DNA of 32,000 nt from Methylorubrum extorquens (GTDB taxonomy: Bacteria; Pseudomonadota; Alphaproteobacteria; Rhizobiales; Beijerinckiaceae). The stretch spans positions 2,070,001 to 2,102,000 of the forward strand of contig LT962688.1 of the NCBI GenBank assembly GCA_900234795.1, read 5' to 3'. The notes under the pieces were generated by a model that did not search any database, was not told the DNA's origin, and worked only from the letters and a program-made list of their open reading frames with translations. Positions 19,156 through 27,929 of this stretch are shown here, piece after piece. A program made the translations under genes and the position numbers. Position 1 is the first letter of the stretch, and every line of letters starts with the position of its first letter.

Positions 19156-21692
19156 GCGAGACCCGTGAGCTTCTCGGGCCGCAGGGCATCGGGGCCGTTG
19201 GGGAAATAGCGGCCGGCGATCCCGTCGGCGAGGCCCTCCAGGTCCGCCTCGAACCGCTCCAGGGTCTCGGCGTCGAGCGCGGCGGCCTCCGCCGTCTGGA
19301 GCGTGCTGGCCAGCGCCAGCGCCCGACGGCGGTGCGGCTCGGGCAGTCCGTCGGCGGCGAGCGCCGGCAGGGCGTCGAGATGGGCGACCATCGCCTGGAG
19401 CTGGTAGGCGACGGAGCGGGGATTGTTGGGGTCGAGCACCGCCATGTCGCAGACCGCGTCGCGGCTCACGCCGACGAGGTAGCGCGCCCCGTAGGCGATC
19501 TGCGAATCGGCGAGCGAGAGCATCACGCCGAGATCCTCGGCGCCGGCGTCCGGGCTGCAGAAGCGGAGCGCGAAGCCGCAGGTGTTGATCGCCCGCTCGA
19601 CGCGCCGGCCCATATCGGCGAAGCGCCAGCCGGCGGCGTGGCCCATATTTTCGTGGAGCAGGCCGGTGAGCGCGGCGAGATGGCCGAGCGCCCGCTCGGC
19701 CTTGCCGAAGAGCTGCGCCTCGGTCGGCGCCCAGGCTTCGGTATAGGCCAGGGTGTCGCGCAAATCGGCCAGAGCCCGCCAGGATTCGGCCGGCAGCCGC
19801 TCGCGCAGGGAGGCGGCGATGCGCCGGGCCTCCAGCACATGGGCGAGGCCCGAGCCGTGAAGCGTCTTGCCGGAGAGCGCCTCCCCGGCCACGGCCGCGG
19901 GCGGGAGATCGACCGCGCTCACCGCGCCCCAATCCTTGAGCAGCGCGCGGATGGCGAGCGCCGTCGGCGCACCCTCCTCGCCGGAGGCGTCGGCGGCGAT
20001 CGCCTCGCTGAACACGCCGAGATGGGCCTGGACGAGGCGGATCACCGCTTCCGCGCGCTCAAGGTAGCGCCCGAACCAGAACAGGTTGTCGGCGGCCCGT
20101 GACGGCAGATGGCCGGCGATGCGGCGGATGCGCGGCGCGCTCGTGTGCACCAGGCCCGGGGTGTCGACGGGCGTGTCGGACAGGACCCAGACGTCGGCGG
20201 AGCGGATGCCGGCGCGCATCTCGCTGGGGTCGCCGCCCTCGTGCTCGGCGACGCGGCAGAAGGCGCTCGGCAGCACGCGCCATCCGTCGGGCGTGGCGGC
20301 GGCGAAGACGCGCATGACGAAGGGGCGTGCGACGAGCCGCCCGTCCTGCCACGCGGGCATGGTCGAGAGCGGCGCGGGCTCCTGCGCCACCCAATCGAAC
20401 GGCCGCTCGCGCAGGGACGCGACGGCGCGGGCGCGGGCGGCGTCGAGCGCCGGGCCGGCCAGCATCGCGTCGCGCTCCGGGCCGCGCACCGGGGTCGCGG
20501 CGGCGCGCAGCGTCAGGCGGTCGAGGTTGGCCAGCGCGTGGTCGAGGCCGTCCGGATCGCCGCACCACCATGTGCGGGGCCCCGTGAGCCGCAATTCCTC
20601 GCCGGTGAGCCGCCGGGCGATGGCCGGCAGGTAGGGCCCGAGCGCGGCCGATTCGAGCACGCCGGAGCCCGGCATGTTGCCGACCACGGCACCGCCCCGG
20701 CGCAGCACCTGGAGGATGCCGGGCACGCCGAGGCGCGAATCCGAGCGCAGCTCCATCGGGTCGAGATAGTCGGCATCGATCCGGCGCCAGACCGCGTCGG
20801 TGCGCTTGAGCCCGGCGATGGTCCGGACATGCAGGAGCCCGTCCCGCACCACGAGGTCGTCGCCCTCCACCAGCAGGAAGCCGAGATAGCGGGCGAGCGC
20901 GGCCTGCTCGACATAGGTGCTGCTGTAGGGGCCCGAAGTGAGAAGGCAGATGCGCGGGTCGCTGCGGGCGCAGGACGCGGCCAATCCGGCGCGGAACGCC
21001 TGGAAGAAGCCGGGCAGGCGCTCGACATGGAGGTCGGCGAACAGGTCCGGGAAGGCGCGGGCGAGCACCATCCGGTTCTCCAGCGCATAGCCGAGGCCCG
21101 AGGGCGCTTGGGTGCGGTCGGCCAGAACCTGCCAGCGCCCGTCGGGGCCGCGGCCGACATCGGCGGCGTAGATCGGCAGCCAGCGCCCGCCGGGCGGGGC
21201 GATGCCGTGGACGGGCCGAAGATATTCGGGATGCCCGGCGACCACGCCCGCCGGCAGAAACCCGTCCGCGACGAGCCGGCCCGCGCCGTAGATGTCGGCG
21301 ACGATGCGCTCCATCAGGCCGGCGCGCTGGACGATCCCGGCCGACAGCTCCGCCCAGTCGGCGGCGTCGATGACGAGCGGCAACGAGCCCAGCGGCCAGG
21401 GATGCTCGCGCCCGTCGCCGTAGACCCGGTAGGAGATGCCCGCGTCGCGGATATGCCGCTCGGCGGAGAGGAAACGGGCGGCGACCTCGCGGTCGTCGAG
21501 CCGGGCGAGACGCTCCAGAAAGCGCGGCCAGCCGCCGCGCAGGTTGCCTCCCGCATCGACCAGCTCGTCGGCGAGGCCGGGGCGGGGCGCGTAGCCCTCC
21601 GTCCAGCGGCGCATGCGCGCGGCCGGGTCGTCGGCCGCCCAGGCGGAGGCGTCGGGCGGTGGCCCGTCCGCGAGGGCGGCCGATGCGCTCAT
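19152..21692 (-). CDS. fusion protein: circularly permuted type-2 ATP-grasp domain (about nt 20109-21692) plus alpha-E domain (about nt 19155-20108), 846 aa
   Basis: The N-terminal half resembles CP ATP-grasp (DUF404/DUF407-type) proteins (...[16 protein letters not shown]..., ...[27 protein letters not shown]...). The alpha-E hallmark [20 protein letters not shown] starts at residue ~529. ATG 21692 overlaps the upstream stop (ATGA). The first 240 codons of track ORF ..22412 overlap the upstream gene and are not coding. Confidence 0.85.
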   Translation of the reverse strand: MSASAALADGPPPDASAWAADDPAARMRRWTEGYAPRPGLADELVDAGGNLRGGWPRFLERLARLDDREVAARFLSAERHIRDAGISYRVYGDGREHPWPLGSLPLVIDAADWAELSAGIVQRAGLMERIVADIYGAGRLVADGFLPAGVVAGHPEYLRPVHGIAPPGGRWLPIYAADVGRGPDGRWQVLADRTQAPSGLGYALENRMVLARAFPDLFADLHVERLPGFFQAFRAGLAASCARSDPRICLLTSGPYSSTYVEQAALARYLGFLLVEGDDLVVRDGLLHVRTIAGLKRTDAVWRRIDADYLDPMELRSDSRLGVPGILQVLRRGGAVVGNMPGSGVLESAALGPYLPAIARRLTGEELRLTGPRTWWCGDPDGLDHALANLDRLTLRAAATPVRGPERDAMLAGPALDAARARAVASLRERPFDWVAQEPAPLSTMPAWQDGRLVARPFVMRVFAAATPDGWRVLPSAFCRVAEHEGGDPSEMRAGIRSADVWVLSDTPVDTPGLVHTSAPRIRRIAGHLPSRAADNLFWFGRYLERAEAVIRLVQAHLGVFSEAIAADASGEEGAPTALAIRALLKDWGAVSAVDLPPAAVAGEALSGKTLHGSGLAHVLEARRIAASLRERLPAESWRALADLRDTLAYTEAWAPTEAQLFGKAERALGHLAALTGLLHENMGHAAGWRFADMGRRVERAINTCGFALRFCSPDAGAEDLGVMLSLADSQIAYGARYLVGVSRDAVCDMAVLDPNNPRSVAYQLQAMVAHLDALPALAADGLPEPHRRRALALASTLQTAEAAALDAETLERFEADLEGLADGIAGRYFPNGPDALRPEKLTGLA

Positions 21693-24600
21693 CGGGGTGC
21701 GGGCGTGCGAAGGTCGAGGGTCAGGGGGAAATCGCCCGTGCGCTCCTCGGCCGGCATCGCGAGGCGGCCGGGGGTGTGGCCCATGGCCTCGAACCGGGCG
21801 AGGCGGCGCCCCTCCGCTTCGTACGCGTTGACGGGGAAGCTGTCGTAGTTGCGCCCGCCCGGATGGCTGACATGGTAGCGGCAGCCGCCGATCGAGCGGC
21901 CGCTCCAGGCATCGAAGATGTCGAAGGTCAGCGGCCCGTGCGGCGGGATCGTCGGGTGCATCGAGGAGGCCGGCTGCCACGCCTTGAAGCGCAGGCCCGC
22001 AACCGCTTCGCCGCTGGCGCCGGTCGGCGTCATCGGCAGGCGGCGGCCATTGCAGGCGATGACGTGCCGGCCGGGGACGAAGCCCTCGACCTTCACCTGA
22101 AGCCGTTCGACGGATGCGTCCACGAAGCGCACGGTTCCCCCGGCGGACCCTTCTTCGCCCAGCACGTGCCACGGCTCCAGTGCTTGGCGCAGTTCGAGGC
22201 CGACGCCGCCCTGCTCCACCCGGCCGAAGACGGGGAAGCGGAACTCGGCTTGCGCCGCGAAGGCCTGAGGGTCGAAGTCGTAGCCGCCGCCGCGCAGGTC
22301 TTCCAGCACGGAGAGGAAGTCCGCCCAGAGGAAATGCGGCAGCATGAAGCGATCGTGCAGCGCCGTGCCCCAGCGGACACAGCCGCCGGTCTGCGGCTCG
22401 CGCCAGAGCCACGCCACGATGGCCCGCAACAGCACCTGCTGCGCGAGGCTCATGCGCGCGTCCGGTGGCATCTCGAAGGAGCGGAATTCGAGCAGGCCGA
22501 GGCGGCCGGTGGCGCCGTCGGGCGAGAACAGCTTGTCGATGCAGATCTCGGCGCGATGGGTGTTGCCGGTGACGTCGGCGAGGATGTTGCGGAACAGCCG
22601 GTCCACCAGCCAGTGCGGGATGTTGGCCCCATCCGGCTCCGGCACCTGCGCCAGCGCGATCTCCAATTCGTAGAGCCCGTCATGGCGCGCCTCGTCCATG
22701 CGCGGCGCCTGGCTCGTCGGGCCGACATAGAGCCCGGCGAACAGGTAGGACAGGCACGGATGCCGCTGCCAGAACAGCACGAGGCTCTTCAAGAGGTCCG
22801 GCCGGCGCAGGAACGGCGAGTCGGACGGGGTCGCGCCGCCGAGCACGACATGGTTGCCCCCGCCGGTGCCGGTGTGGCGCCCGTCGATCATGAACTTCTC
22901 GGCGCCGAGGCGCGTCTGCCGCGCCTCCTCGTAGAGGCCGCGGGTGATGTCGACCGCCTCGCGCCAGGAGGCGGCGGGGTGGACGTTGACCTCGATCACG
23001 CCGGGATCGGGCGTGACCTTGATGACCGGGAGACGCGGATCGTAGGGCGGCTCGTAGCCCTCGATATGGATCGGCTGGCCGATGGTCTCGGCGACGCGTT
23101 CGAGATGTCCGACGAGGTCGATGTAGTCGTCGGCCCGCTCCACGGGCGGCATGAACACGCAGAGCACGCCGTCGCGGGGCTCGACCGACAGCGCGGTGCG
23201 CACGGCCACGCCCTCCATGCCGGCGCCGTTGGCCCGGTCGGCGCCCTTCGGCAGGGGAGCGTCGCGGGGGCCGCCCGGTTCGACGGGCAGGTCGCCGCGC
23301 GCCTCGAGCGGGTCCTGCGGATGGTAGTAGGGGTAGGAATCCGGCGGAACGTAGGGAAGCGAGCCGAGCGGCAGGCGGAAGCCCAAAGGCGAGTCGCCGG
23401 GGTTCAGGTAGGCGCCGCCGCGGCGGAACTTCCAGGTCTCCGAGATCCAGACACGGCCCTCCCCCGCCGCGAGGTTGGCCAGCGGCAGCACGTAGCCGAC
23501 GGGCTTGTCGAGGCCGCGCCCGAACACGCGCCTGAACCGGGCATCGGTCTCCGGGCTGCCGGTTTGCGGCTCCGCGGTCGTGACGTTGACCGGCAACTCG
23601 CTCTCGCGGATCCGCCAGTAGTCGGCGTCCTCGTAGGCCGGGAAGACGAAGCGGGCGAGTTCGAGCCGCTCGGCGAGCGTGCTGATCAGTCGCTCGGCAT
23701 CCGTGATGGTGGCGGTCTTCGGGCCGTCCTCGACGGCGATCAGGTCGGCGTTCTTCCAGATCGGCACGCCGTCCTTGCGCCAGTAGAGGGCGAAGGCCCA
23801 GCGCGGCAGGCTCTCGCCGGGATACCACTTGCCCTGGCCGTAATGCAGCATGCCGCCGGGCGCGAAGCGGTCCCGCAGGCGGCGGATCAGTTGGTCGGCC
23901 AAGCCCCGCTTGGTCGGCCCCACGGCGGCGACATTCCATTCGGGGGATTCGAAGTCGTCCACCGAGACGAAGGTCGGCTCGCCGCCCATGGTCAGGCGCA
24001 CGTCCTGCTCGGCGAGATCCGCGTCGATGCGCTCGCCGAGCGCGTCCATCGAGGTCCAGACCTCGTCCGAGAACGGCTTGGTGATGCGCGGCGCCTCGGC
24101 GACGCGGCTGATCGTCATCTCGTAGGCGAACTCGACCTTGGCCGGTTCGGCGAGCCCGGAGATCGGCGCGGCGGCGTTGTAATGCGCGGTGGCCACGAGC
24201 GGGATGTGCCCCTCGCCCGTGAGCAGGCCGGAGGTGGCGTCGAAGCCGATCCAGCCGGCACCGGGCAGGTAGACCTCGGCCCAGGCATGCAGGTCGGTGA
24301 AGTCGGTCTTGGTGCCGGCCGGGCCGTCCACGGCGGTGGTGTCGGGCACGAGCTGGATCAGGTAGCCCGAGACGAAGCGGGCGGCAAAGCCGAGGCGGCG
24401 CAGCACCTGCACCAGCAGCCACGCGGAATCGCGGCACGAGCCGCTCTGCAGGGTGAGCGTCTCGGCCGGCGTCTGCACGCCGGGCTCCATGCGCACGCCG
24501 TAATTCACCTCCGCCCGCAGCAGCGCGTTGAGCGCCACGAGGAAGGTGACCGTATGGGTCTCCTCGGGAATGCGCGTGAGGAAGGCGTCGATCTCCGGCC

Positions 24601-24973
24601 CGTGCGCGTCGTCGAGAACGAGGTAGGGTGCCAGCGCGACCTTCAGATCGGGCTCGTACTCGAAGGGATGGCGCTCGGCGTAGGGCTCGACGAAGAAGTC
24701 GAACGGGTTGATGACCGCGAGGTCGGCGGTGAGATCGACCTCGATGCGCAGTTCCGTGGTCTTTTCCGGGAAGACGAGCCGGGCGAGCCAGTTGCCGGCC
24801 GGATCCTGCTGCCAGTTGATGAAGTGGTTTTCCGGGCTGACCTTCAGCGCGTAGGCCGGCACCCGGGTTCGCGCATGCGGCGCCGGGCGGAGCCGGATCG
24901 TCTGCGGTCCCAGCGCGATCGGCCGGTCGTAGCGGTAATGCGTGACGTGGTGCAGGGCGGCTTGGATCGACAC
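21689..24973 (-). CDS. large transglutaminase-like / DUF2126 (predicted GS-like amidoligase) protein, about 1094 aa
   Basis: N-terminus ...[32 protein letters not shown]. Transglutaminase core motifs are [52 protein letters not shown] long C-terminal region is typical of DUF2126 proteins. I prefer GTG 24973, with GGAG 5 nt upstream. The longest frame starts at ATG 25039. Confidence 0.85.
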   Translation of the reverse strand: MSIQAALHHVTHYRYDRPIALGPQTIRLRPAPHARTRVPAYALKVSPENHFINWQQDPAGNWLARLVFPEKTTELRIEVDLTADLAVINPFDFFVEPYAERHPFEYEPDLKVALAPYLVLDDAHGPEIDAFLTRIPEETHTVTFLVALNALLRAEVNYGVRMEPGVQTPAETLTLQSGSCRDSAWLLVQVLRRLGFAARFVSGYLIQLVPDTTAVDGPAGTKTDFTDLHAWAEVYLPGAGWIGFDATSGLLTGEGHIPLVATAHYNAAAPISGLAEPAKVEFAYEMTISRVAEAPRITKPFSDEVWTSMDALGERIDADLAEQDVRLTMGGEPTFVSVDDFESPEWNVAAVGPTKRGLADQLIRRLRDRFAPGGMLHYGQGKWYPGESLPRWAFALYWRKDGVPIWKNADLIAVEDGPKTATITDAERLISTLAERLELARFVFPAYEDADYWRIRESELPVNVTTAEPQTGSPETDARFRRVFGRGLDKPVGYVLPLANLAAGEGRVWISETWKFRRGGAYLNPGDSPLGFRLPLGSLPYVPPDSYPYYHPQDPLEARGDLPVEPGGPRDAPLPKGADRANGAGMEGVAVRTALSVEPRDGVLCVFMPPVERADDYIDLVGHLERVAETIGQPIHIEGYEPPYDPRLPVIKVTPDPGVIEVNVHPAASWREAVDITRGLYEEARQTRLGAEKFMIDGRHTGTGGGNHVVLGGATPSDSPFLRRPDLLKSLVLFWQRHPCLSYLFAGLYVGPTSQAPRMDEARHDGLYELEIALAQVPEPDGANIPHWLVDRLFRNILADVTGNTHRAEICIDKLFSPDGATGRLGLLEFRSFEMPPDARMSLAQQVLLRAIVAWLWREPQTGGCVRWGTALHDRFMLPHFLWADFLSVLEDLRGGGYDFDPQAFAAQAEFRFPVFGRVEQGGVGLELRQALEPWHVLGEEGSAGGTVRFVDASVERLQVKVEGFVPGRHVIACNGRRLPMTPTGASGEAVAGLRFKAWQPASSMHPTIPPHGPLTFDIFDAWSGRSIGGCRYHVSHPGGRNYDSFPVNAYEAEGRRLARFEAMGHTPGRLAMPAEERTGDFPLTLDLRTPAPR

Positions 24974-25219
24974 GGAGGCTCCGAAGGCTTCTGCGATTGT
25001 CTCGAACGAGCGGGCGGTGCGCTCGGCCGCCGGTTGCATGCCTTACTACAGTTCGGGCGGCCGGAAGGAGCAATCGGAATAGCAAGAACCGTGCAGTGGC
25101 CGTTGCCCGGCATGGAACTTCGTCCGGCTCACACCCTTGGTTGATGCGGAAGGCCGCGGGAGCGAGGCTGCGGCCCGGTTCTTGTAGGGATCCCGCGACG
25201 GCCGAAGCGGGGGCCTCCC

Positions 25220-26380
25220 ATGAAAATCTTTCAGTGCCAAGCCTGCGACCAGCCGCTGTCGTTCGAGAGCACCGTCTGCGAGAGCTGCGAGCGGCGGCTC
25301 GGCTATGTCTGCGACCGGCACGAGATCTCGGCGCTGGAGCCCAGCGGCGAGGATGGGCGCGGGCCGCTGTTCCGGGCCTACGCCCATCCCGGCCGCAAGT
25401 ACCGCCTTTGCGCCAACGCGGCCCATGACGCCTGCAACTGGATGGTGCCGGAGGAATCCGACGAGGCCTTCTGCGTCGCCTGCCGCCACAACCGGATGGT
25501 GCCGGACCTGGGCGTCGGGACCAATCTCGACCGCTGGCGCCGGATCGAGGCGGCCAAGCACCGGTTGTTCTACTCGCTCCTGCGCCTCGACCTTCCGCTG
25601 GTGACGCGGGAGCAATATTCCGACGGGCTCGCCTTCGATTTCCTCGCCGAATCCGCCGGACCGCCGGTGATGACCGGCCATCTCGACGGGCTCATCACCC
25701 TGTCCATTGCCGAGGCCGACGACGTCGAGCGGGAGCGCCGCCGCAAGCTGTTCGGCGAGTATTACCGCACCCTGCTCGGCCATTTCCGCCACGAGATCGG
25801 GCATTACTTCTGGAACCTGATGGTGCGCTTCGACGCGAGCCTGCCGACCTTCCGCGCCCTGTTCGGTGACGAGAGCGCCGATTACGGGGCCGCGCTCAAA
25901 CGCCATCATGCCGAGGGGCCGCCGCCGCATTGGGAGGAATCGTTCGTCTCGTCCTACGCGACCGCCCATCCGTGGGAGGATTTCGCCGAGACCTTCGCCC
26001 ACTACCTGCACATCATCGACACGCTGGAGACCGGCAGCGCCTTCGAGATCCGCCTGAAACCGAAGCTGCGGGCCAAGGCGGAGCCGGCGGTACCGGCCAC
26101 CTGCATCGATTTCGATCCCTACGAGACGCCGGACTTCGAGCGGGTGGTCGAGGCGTGGATCCCGCTCACCTACGCGGTGAACTCGCTCAGCCGCTCCATG
26201 GGGCAGCCGCCGCTCTATCCGTTCACGCTGACGCCGTCGGTGATCGCCAAGCTCGCCTTCGTACATGAGCGGATCTACGCCGCGCGCGCACCCGGCGGCT
26301 TCACGGAGGAGGCGAGCGCCGAGATGCTGAAGGCGGTGATCGCGGGGCTGCGCCAGCGGGTGGCGACCCCGACGACCTGA
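25220..26380 (+). CDS. zinc-ribbon plus HEXXH putative zinc metallopeptidase, 386 aa
   Basis: N-terminal CxxC...CxxC (MKIFQCQACDQPLSFESTVCESCERRLGY). HEIGH at residues 191-195 (nt 25790-25804). Downstream HPWEDFAETFAHYLH is a candidate third-ligand region. Divergent from the transglutaminase operon. Confidence 0.8.
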   Translation: MKIFQCQACDQPLSFESTVCESCERRLGYVCDRHEISALEPSGEDGRGPLFRAYAHPGRKYRLCANAAHDACNWMVPEESDEAFCVACRHNRMVPDLGVGTNLDRWRRIEAAKHRLFYSLLRLDLPLVTREQYSDGLAFDFLAESAGPPVMTGHLDGLITLSIAEADDVERERRRKLFGEYYRTLLGHFRHEIGHYFWNLMVRFDASLPTFRALFGDESADYGAALKRHHAEGPPPHWEESFVSSYATAHPWEDFAETFAHYLHIIDTLETGSAFEIRLKPKLRAKAEPAVPATCIDFDPYETPDFERVVEAWIPLTYAVNSLSRSMGQPPLYPFTLTPSVIAKLAFVHERIYAARAPGGFTEEASAEMLKAVIAGLRQRVATPTT

Positions 26381-26455
26381 GCTGCTTTCGCGGGGGCCGA
26401 AGGCGATCCGGCATGCCTGCCGCAGGGGTCGTGTGACCCGTTCCGTGTGGGCCGG

Positions 26456-27145
26456 TTACTGCGCCAGGGCCGGCGCCGGGGTCTTGGGGGCGGCAGCCTT
26501 CGGCGCGGACTTCGCCGCGGCGCCTGCGCTGCCGGTGGCGGCGGGCGCGTTGGCGGCCGTGCCGGGGGCGGATTTCGGAGCCCATTCGGCGTCGGCGCGG
26601 GGCCCGTTCGGACCATTGGTCGGGCCGGTGAGCTGGCCGGGCTGGGTGTCCGTCACCTTCTTCCAGGTCTGCGACTGGCACAGGAAGGCGATCAGGCAGC
26701 CCTTGACCGTCAGTTCCTCCGGCTCGTCCGACCAGACCGTGACGTCGTAGAACTTGCCGTCCTCGGCGTTGTAGATCTTGCCCTCGTAATGGGCATCCTC
26801 GTTCAGCTTGAGGCCGAGGATGAGCTGATGCCCGAGCGAGGCGCGGGTGCGCTTCTTCGCATCGGGGTTGCGGAAATCGACCCGCGGCTTGCCCTCGTCG
26901 TTGAGCGGCGTCTTCAGCCACACCGCGTAGCCGCACAGGTTCTTCTCCTGCGGGCCGCACTTCTCGACGCGGATGCGCGCCTTGCCGTCCTGCGTCAGCC
27001 AAGTACCGCTCGGGTCATGCTGGGGCGCCGCGGCCGAAGCGGGAGCCACCGACAGGCCGCCCACGACGGCGAGGCCGGCGGCGAGGGCCGCGACGCGGCC
27101 GGTGCGGAGGAAAGGCGCGCGCGCACCGATCGGTCCGAAGATCAT
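26456..27145 (-). CDS. DUF2147-domain periplasmic protein with an Ala/Pro-rich C-terminal tail, 229 aa
   Basis: Signal peptide ...VAALAAGLAVVGGLSVAPASA. The core GTWLTQDGKARIRVEKCG...LCGYAVWL...GKIYNAEDGKFYDVTVW...LTVKGCL matches my memory of DUF2147. ATG 27145. Confidence 0.75.
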   Translation of the reverse strand: MIFGPIGARAPFLRTGRVAALAAGLAVVGGLSVAPASAAAPQHDPSGTWLTQDGKARIRVEKCGPQEKNLCGYAVWLKTPLNDEGKPRVDFRNPDAKKRTRASLGHQLILGLKLNEDAHYEGKIYNAEDGKFYDVTVWSDEPEELTVKGCLIAFLCQSQTWKKVTDTQPGQLTGPTNGPNGPRADAEWAPKSAPGTAANAPAATGSAGAAAKSAPKAAAPKTPAPALAQ

Positions 27146-27328
27146 GCAAAAACATCCCCACTCGGGCGCGGCAGCGAGTGCGGGCCGCACCGTTTATCCT
27201 GACGATTGGGCCGCCCGCGCACGGACCGTTGCCCCTTCGCCGCAGCCATCGAATCGGAAGGTGACCGGATCATGACCGCCGCGGGGCGGTTCCGACGCAA
27301 TTTGCTGGTCTTCCCACGCCCCATGCGA

Positions 27329-27359
27329 AAAGGGCCGGTGCACATGGCACCGGCCCTTT
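27329..27359 (-). terminator. strong rho-independent terminator (perfect 13-bp stem, 5-nt loop), potentially bidirectional
   Basis: AAAGGGCCGGTGC (27329-27341) pairs with GCACCGGCCCTTT (27347-27359). On the minus strand the 3' arm runs into TTTTCGC. It lies 26 nt downstream of the small-protein stop at 27385. Confidence 0.75.
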
Positions 27360-27384
27360 CGAACTACTTCGGTTGAGTCGCGAC

Positions 27385-27594
27385 TTACTCGGCCGGGGCG
27401 AGATCGGCGGTGAAGTGGCCGCACCAATCCTTGGAAGCGACGACCGGCCACAGGCCCTGGCTCTGCGGGTCGGGCTGGCTCACCGGCGGGTTGAAGCGGC
27501 ACAGGCCCTGGTCGCCCGCGGCCTGGGCGCCGTTGGTCTTGTGGTCGTCGAAGAAGCGGCAGCTCTGGCAGGCGGCGTTGCTCGAGGTGGCCAT
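27385..27594 (-). CDS. small four-cysteine protein of unknown function, 69 aa
   Basis: MATSSNAACQSCRFFDDHKTNGAQAAGDQGLCRFNPPVSQPDPQSQGLWPVVASKDWCGHFTADLAPAE. GGAGAG lies 5 nt upstream of ATG 27594, the third codon positions are GC-rich, and a dedicated strong terminator follows. The longer track ORF (to 27681) lacks an RBS. Confidence 0.6.
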   Translation of the reverse strand: MATSSNAACQSCRFFDDHKTNGAQAAGDQGLCRFNPPVSQPDPQSQGLWPVVASKDWCGHFTADLAPAE

Positions 27595-27686
27595 GATCTC
27601 TCTCCAGTTGTCGTTCGATCGTTGCTCGTTGGCGGGTCTTCCGTCGGGGCCGTTCGGCCCTGCACGTCCCGCCGTCACCACCCTTG

Positions 27687-27725
27687 ATTAGAACAAGTCC
27701 AAACTCTGAGCAAGCTCTTTAGAAC
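27687..27725 (-). promoter_or_regulatory. AT-rich candidate promoter region with two direct TTAGAAC repeats, 31 nt apart
   Basis: TTAGAAC occurs at 27688-27694 and 27719-27725 (plus strand). On the minus strand there is TTGCTC-N15-TCTAAT (27713-27687), a weak sigma-70-like pair with short spacing. It lies about 95-130 nt upstream of the small CDS. Confidence 0.25.
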
Positions 27726-27861
27726 GATTCCGAATTGTGAGCTGGCGTGCGAAAGGTGGCGTCCGATCCGTATGAAACCGCAGGTTGGCCAACGGTTTGC
27801 GGACGGAGCGAGGGGAAGCCGGGCGATCGGAAGGGCGTTGCGCCCTACCTCACGAATGCGT

Positions 27862-27895
27862 GAAGCGGCGGAGAGGCAAGGCTCTCCGCCGCTTC
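27862..27895 (-). terminator. hairpin (perfect 14-bp stem, 6-nt loop) downstream of the FAD-binding protein gene
   Basis: GAAGCGGCGGAGAG (27862-27875) pairs with CTCTCCGCCGCTTC (27882-27895). It lies 35 nt after the stop at 27930. No T-run. Confidence 0.5.
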
Positions 27896-27929
27896 GAGGC
27901 GACGCTTCGGACGACTGGGATGAGGGGGG

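Noticed and set aside
21659-25144. 1161-aa plus-strand ORF, the longest in the window
   Set aside because: It is antisense to the transglutaminase/DUF2126 gene. Its translation is Arg/Gly/Ala/Asp-rich with no recognisable motifs, whereas the minus-strand frame carries clear family signatures. It is a typical open antisense frame of high-GC DNA.
25083-25184. 9-bp inverted repeat CAAGAACCG / CGGTTCTTG, about 85 nt apart, in the operon/peptidase divergent region
   Set aside because: It is short, widely separated and unsupported by any further pairing. It is plausibly chance and not reported as a feature.
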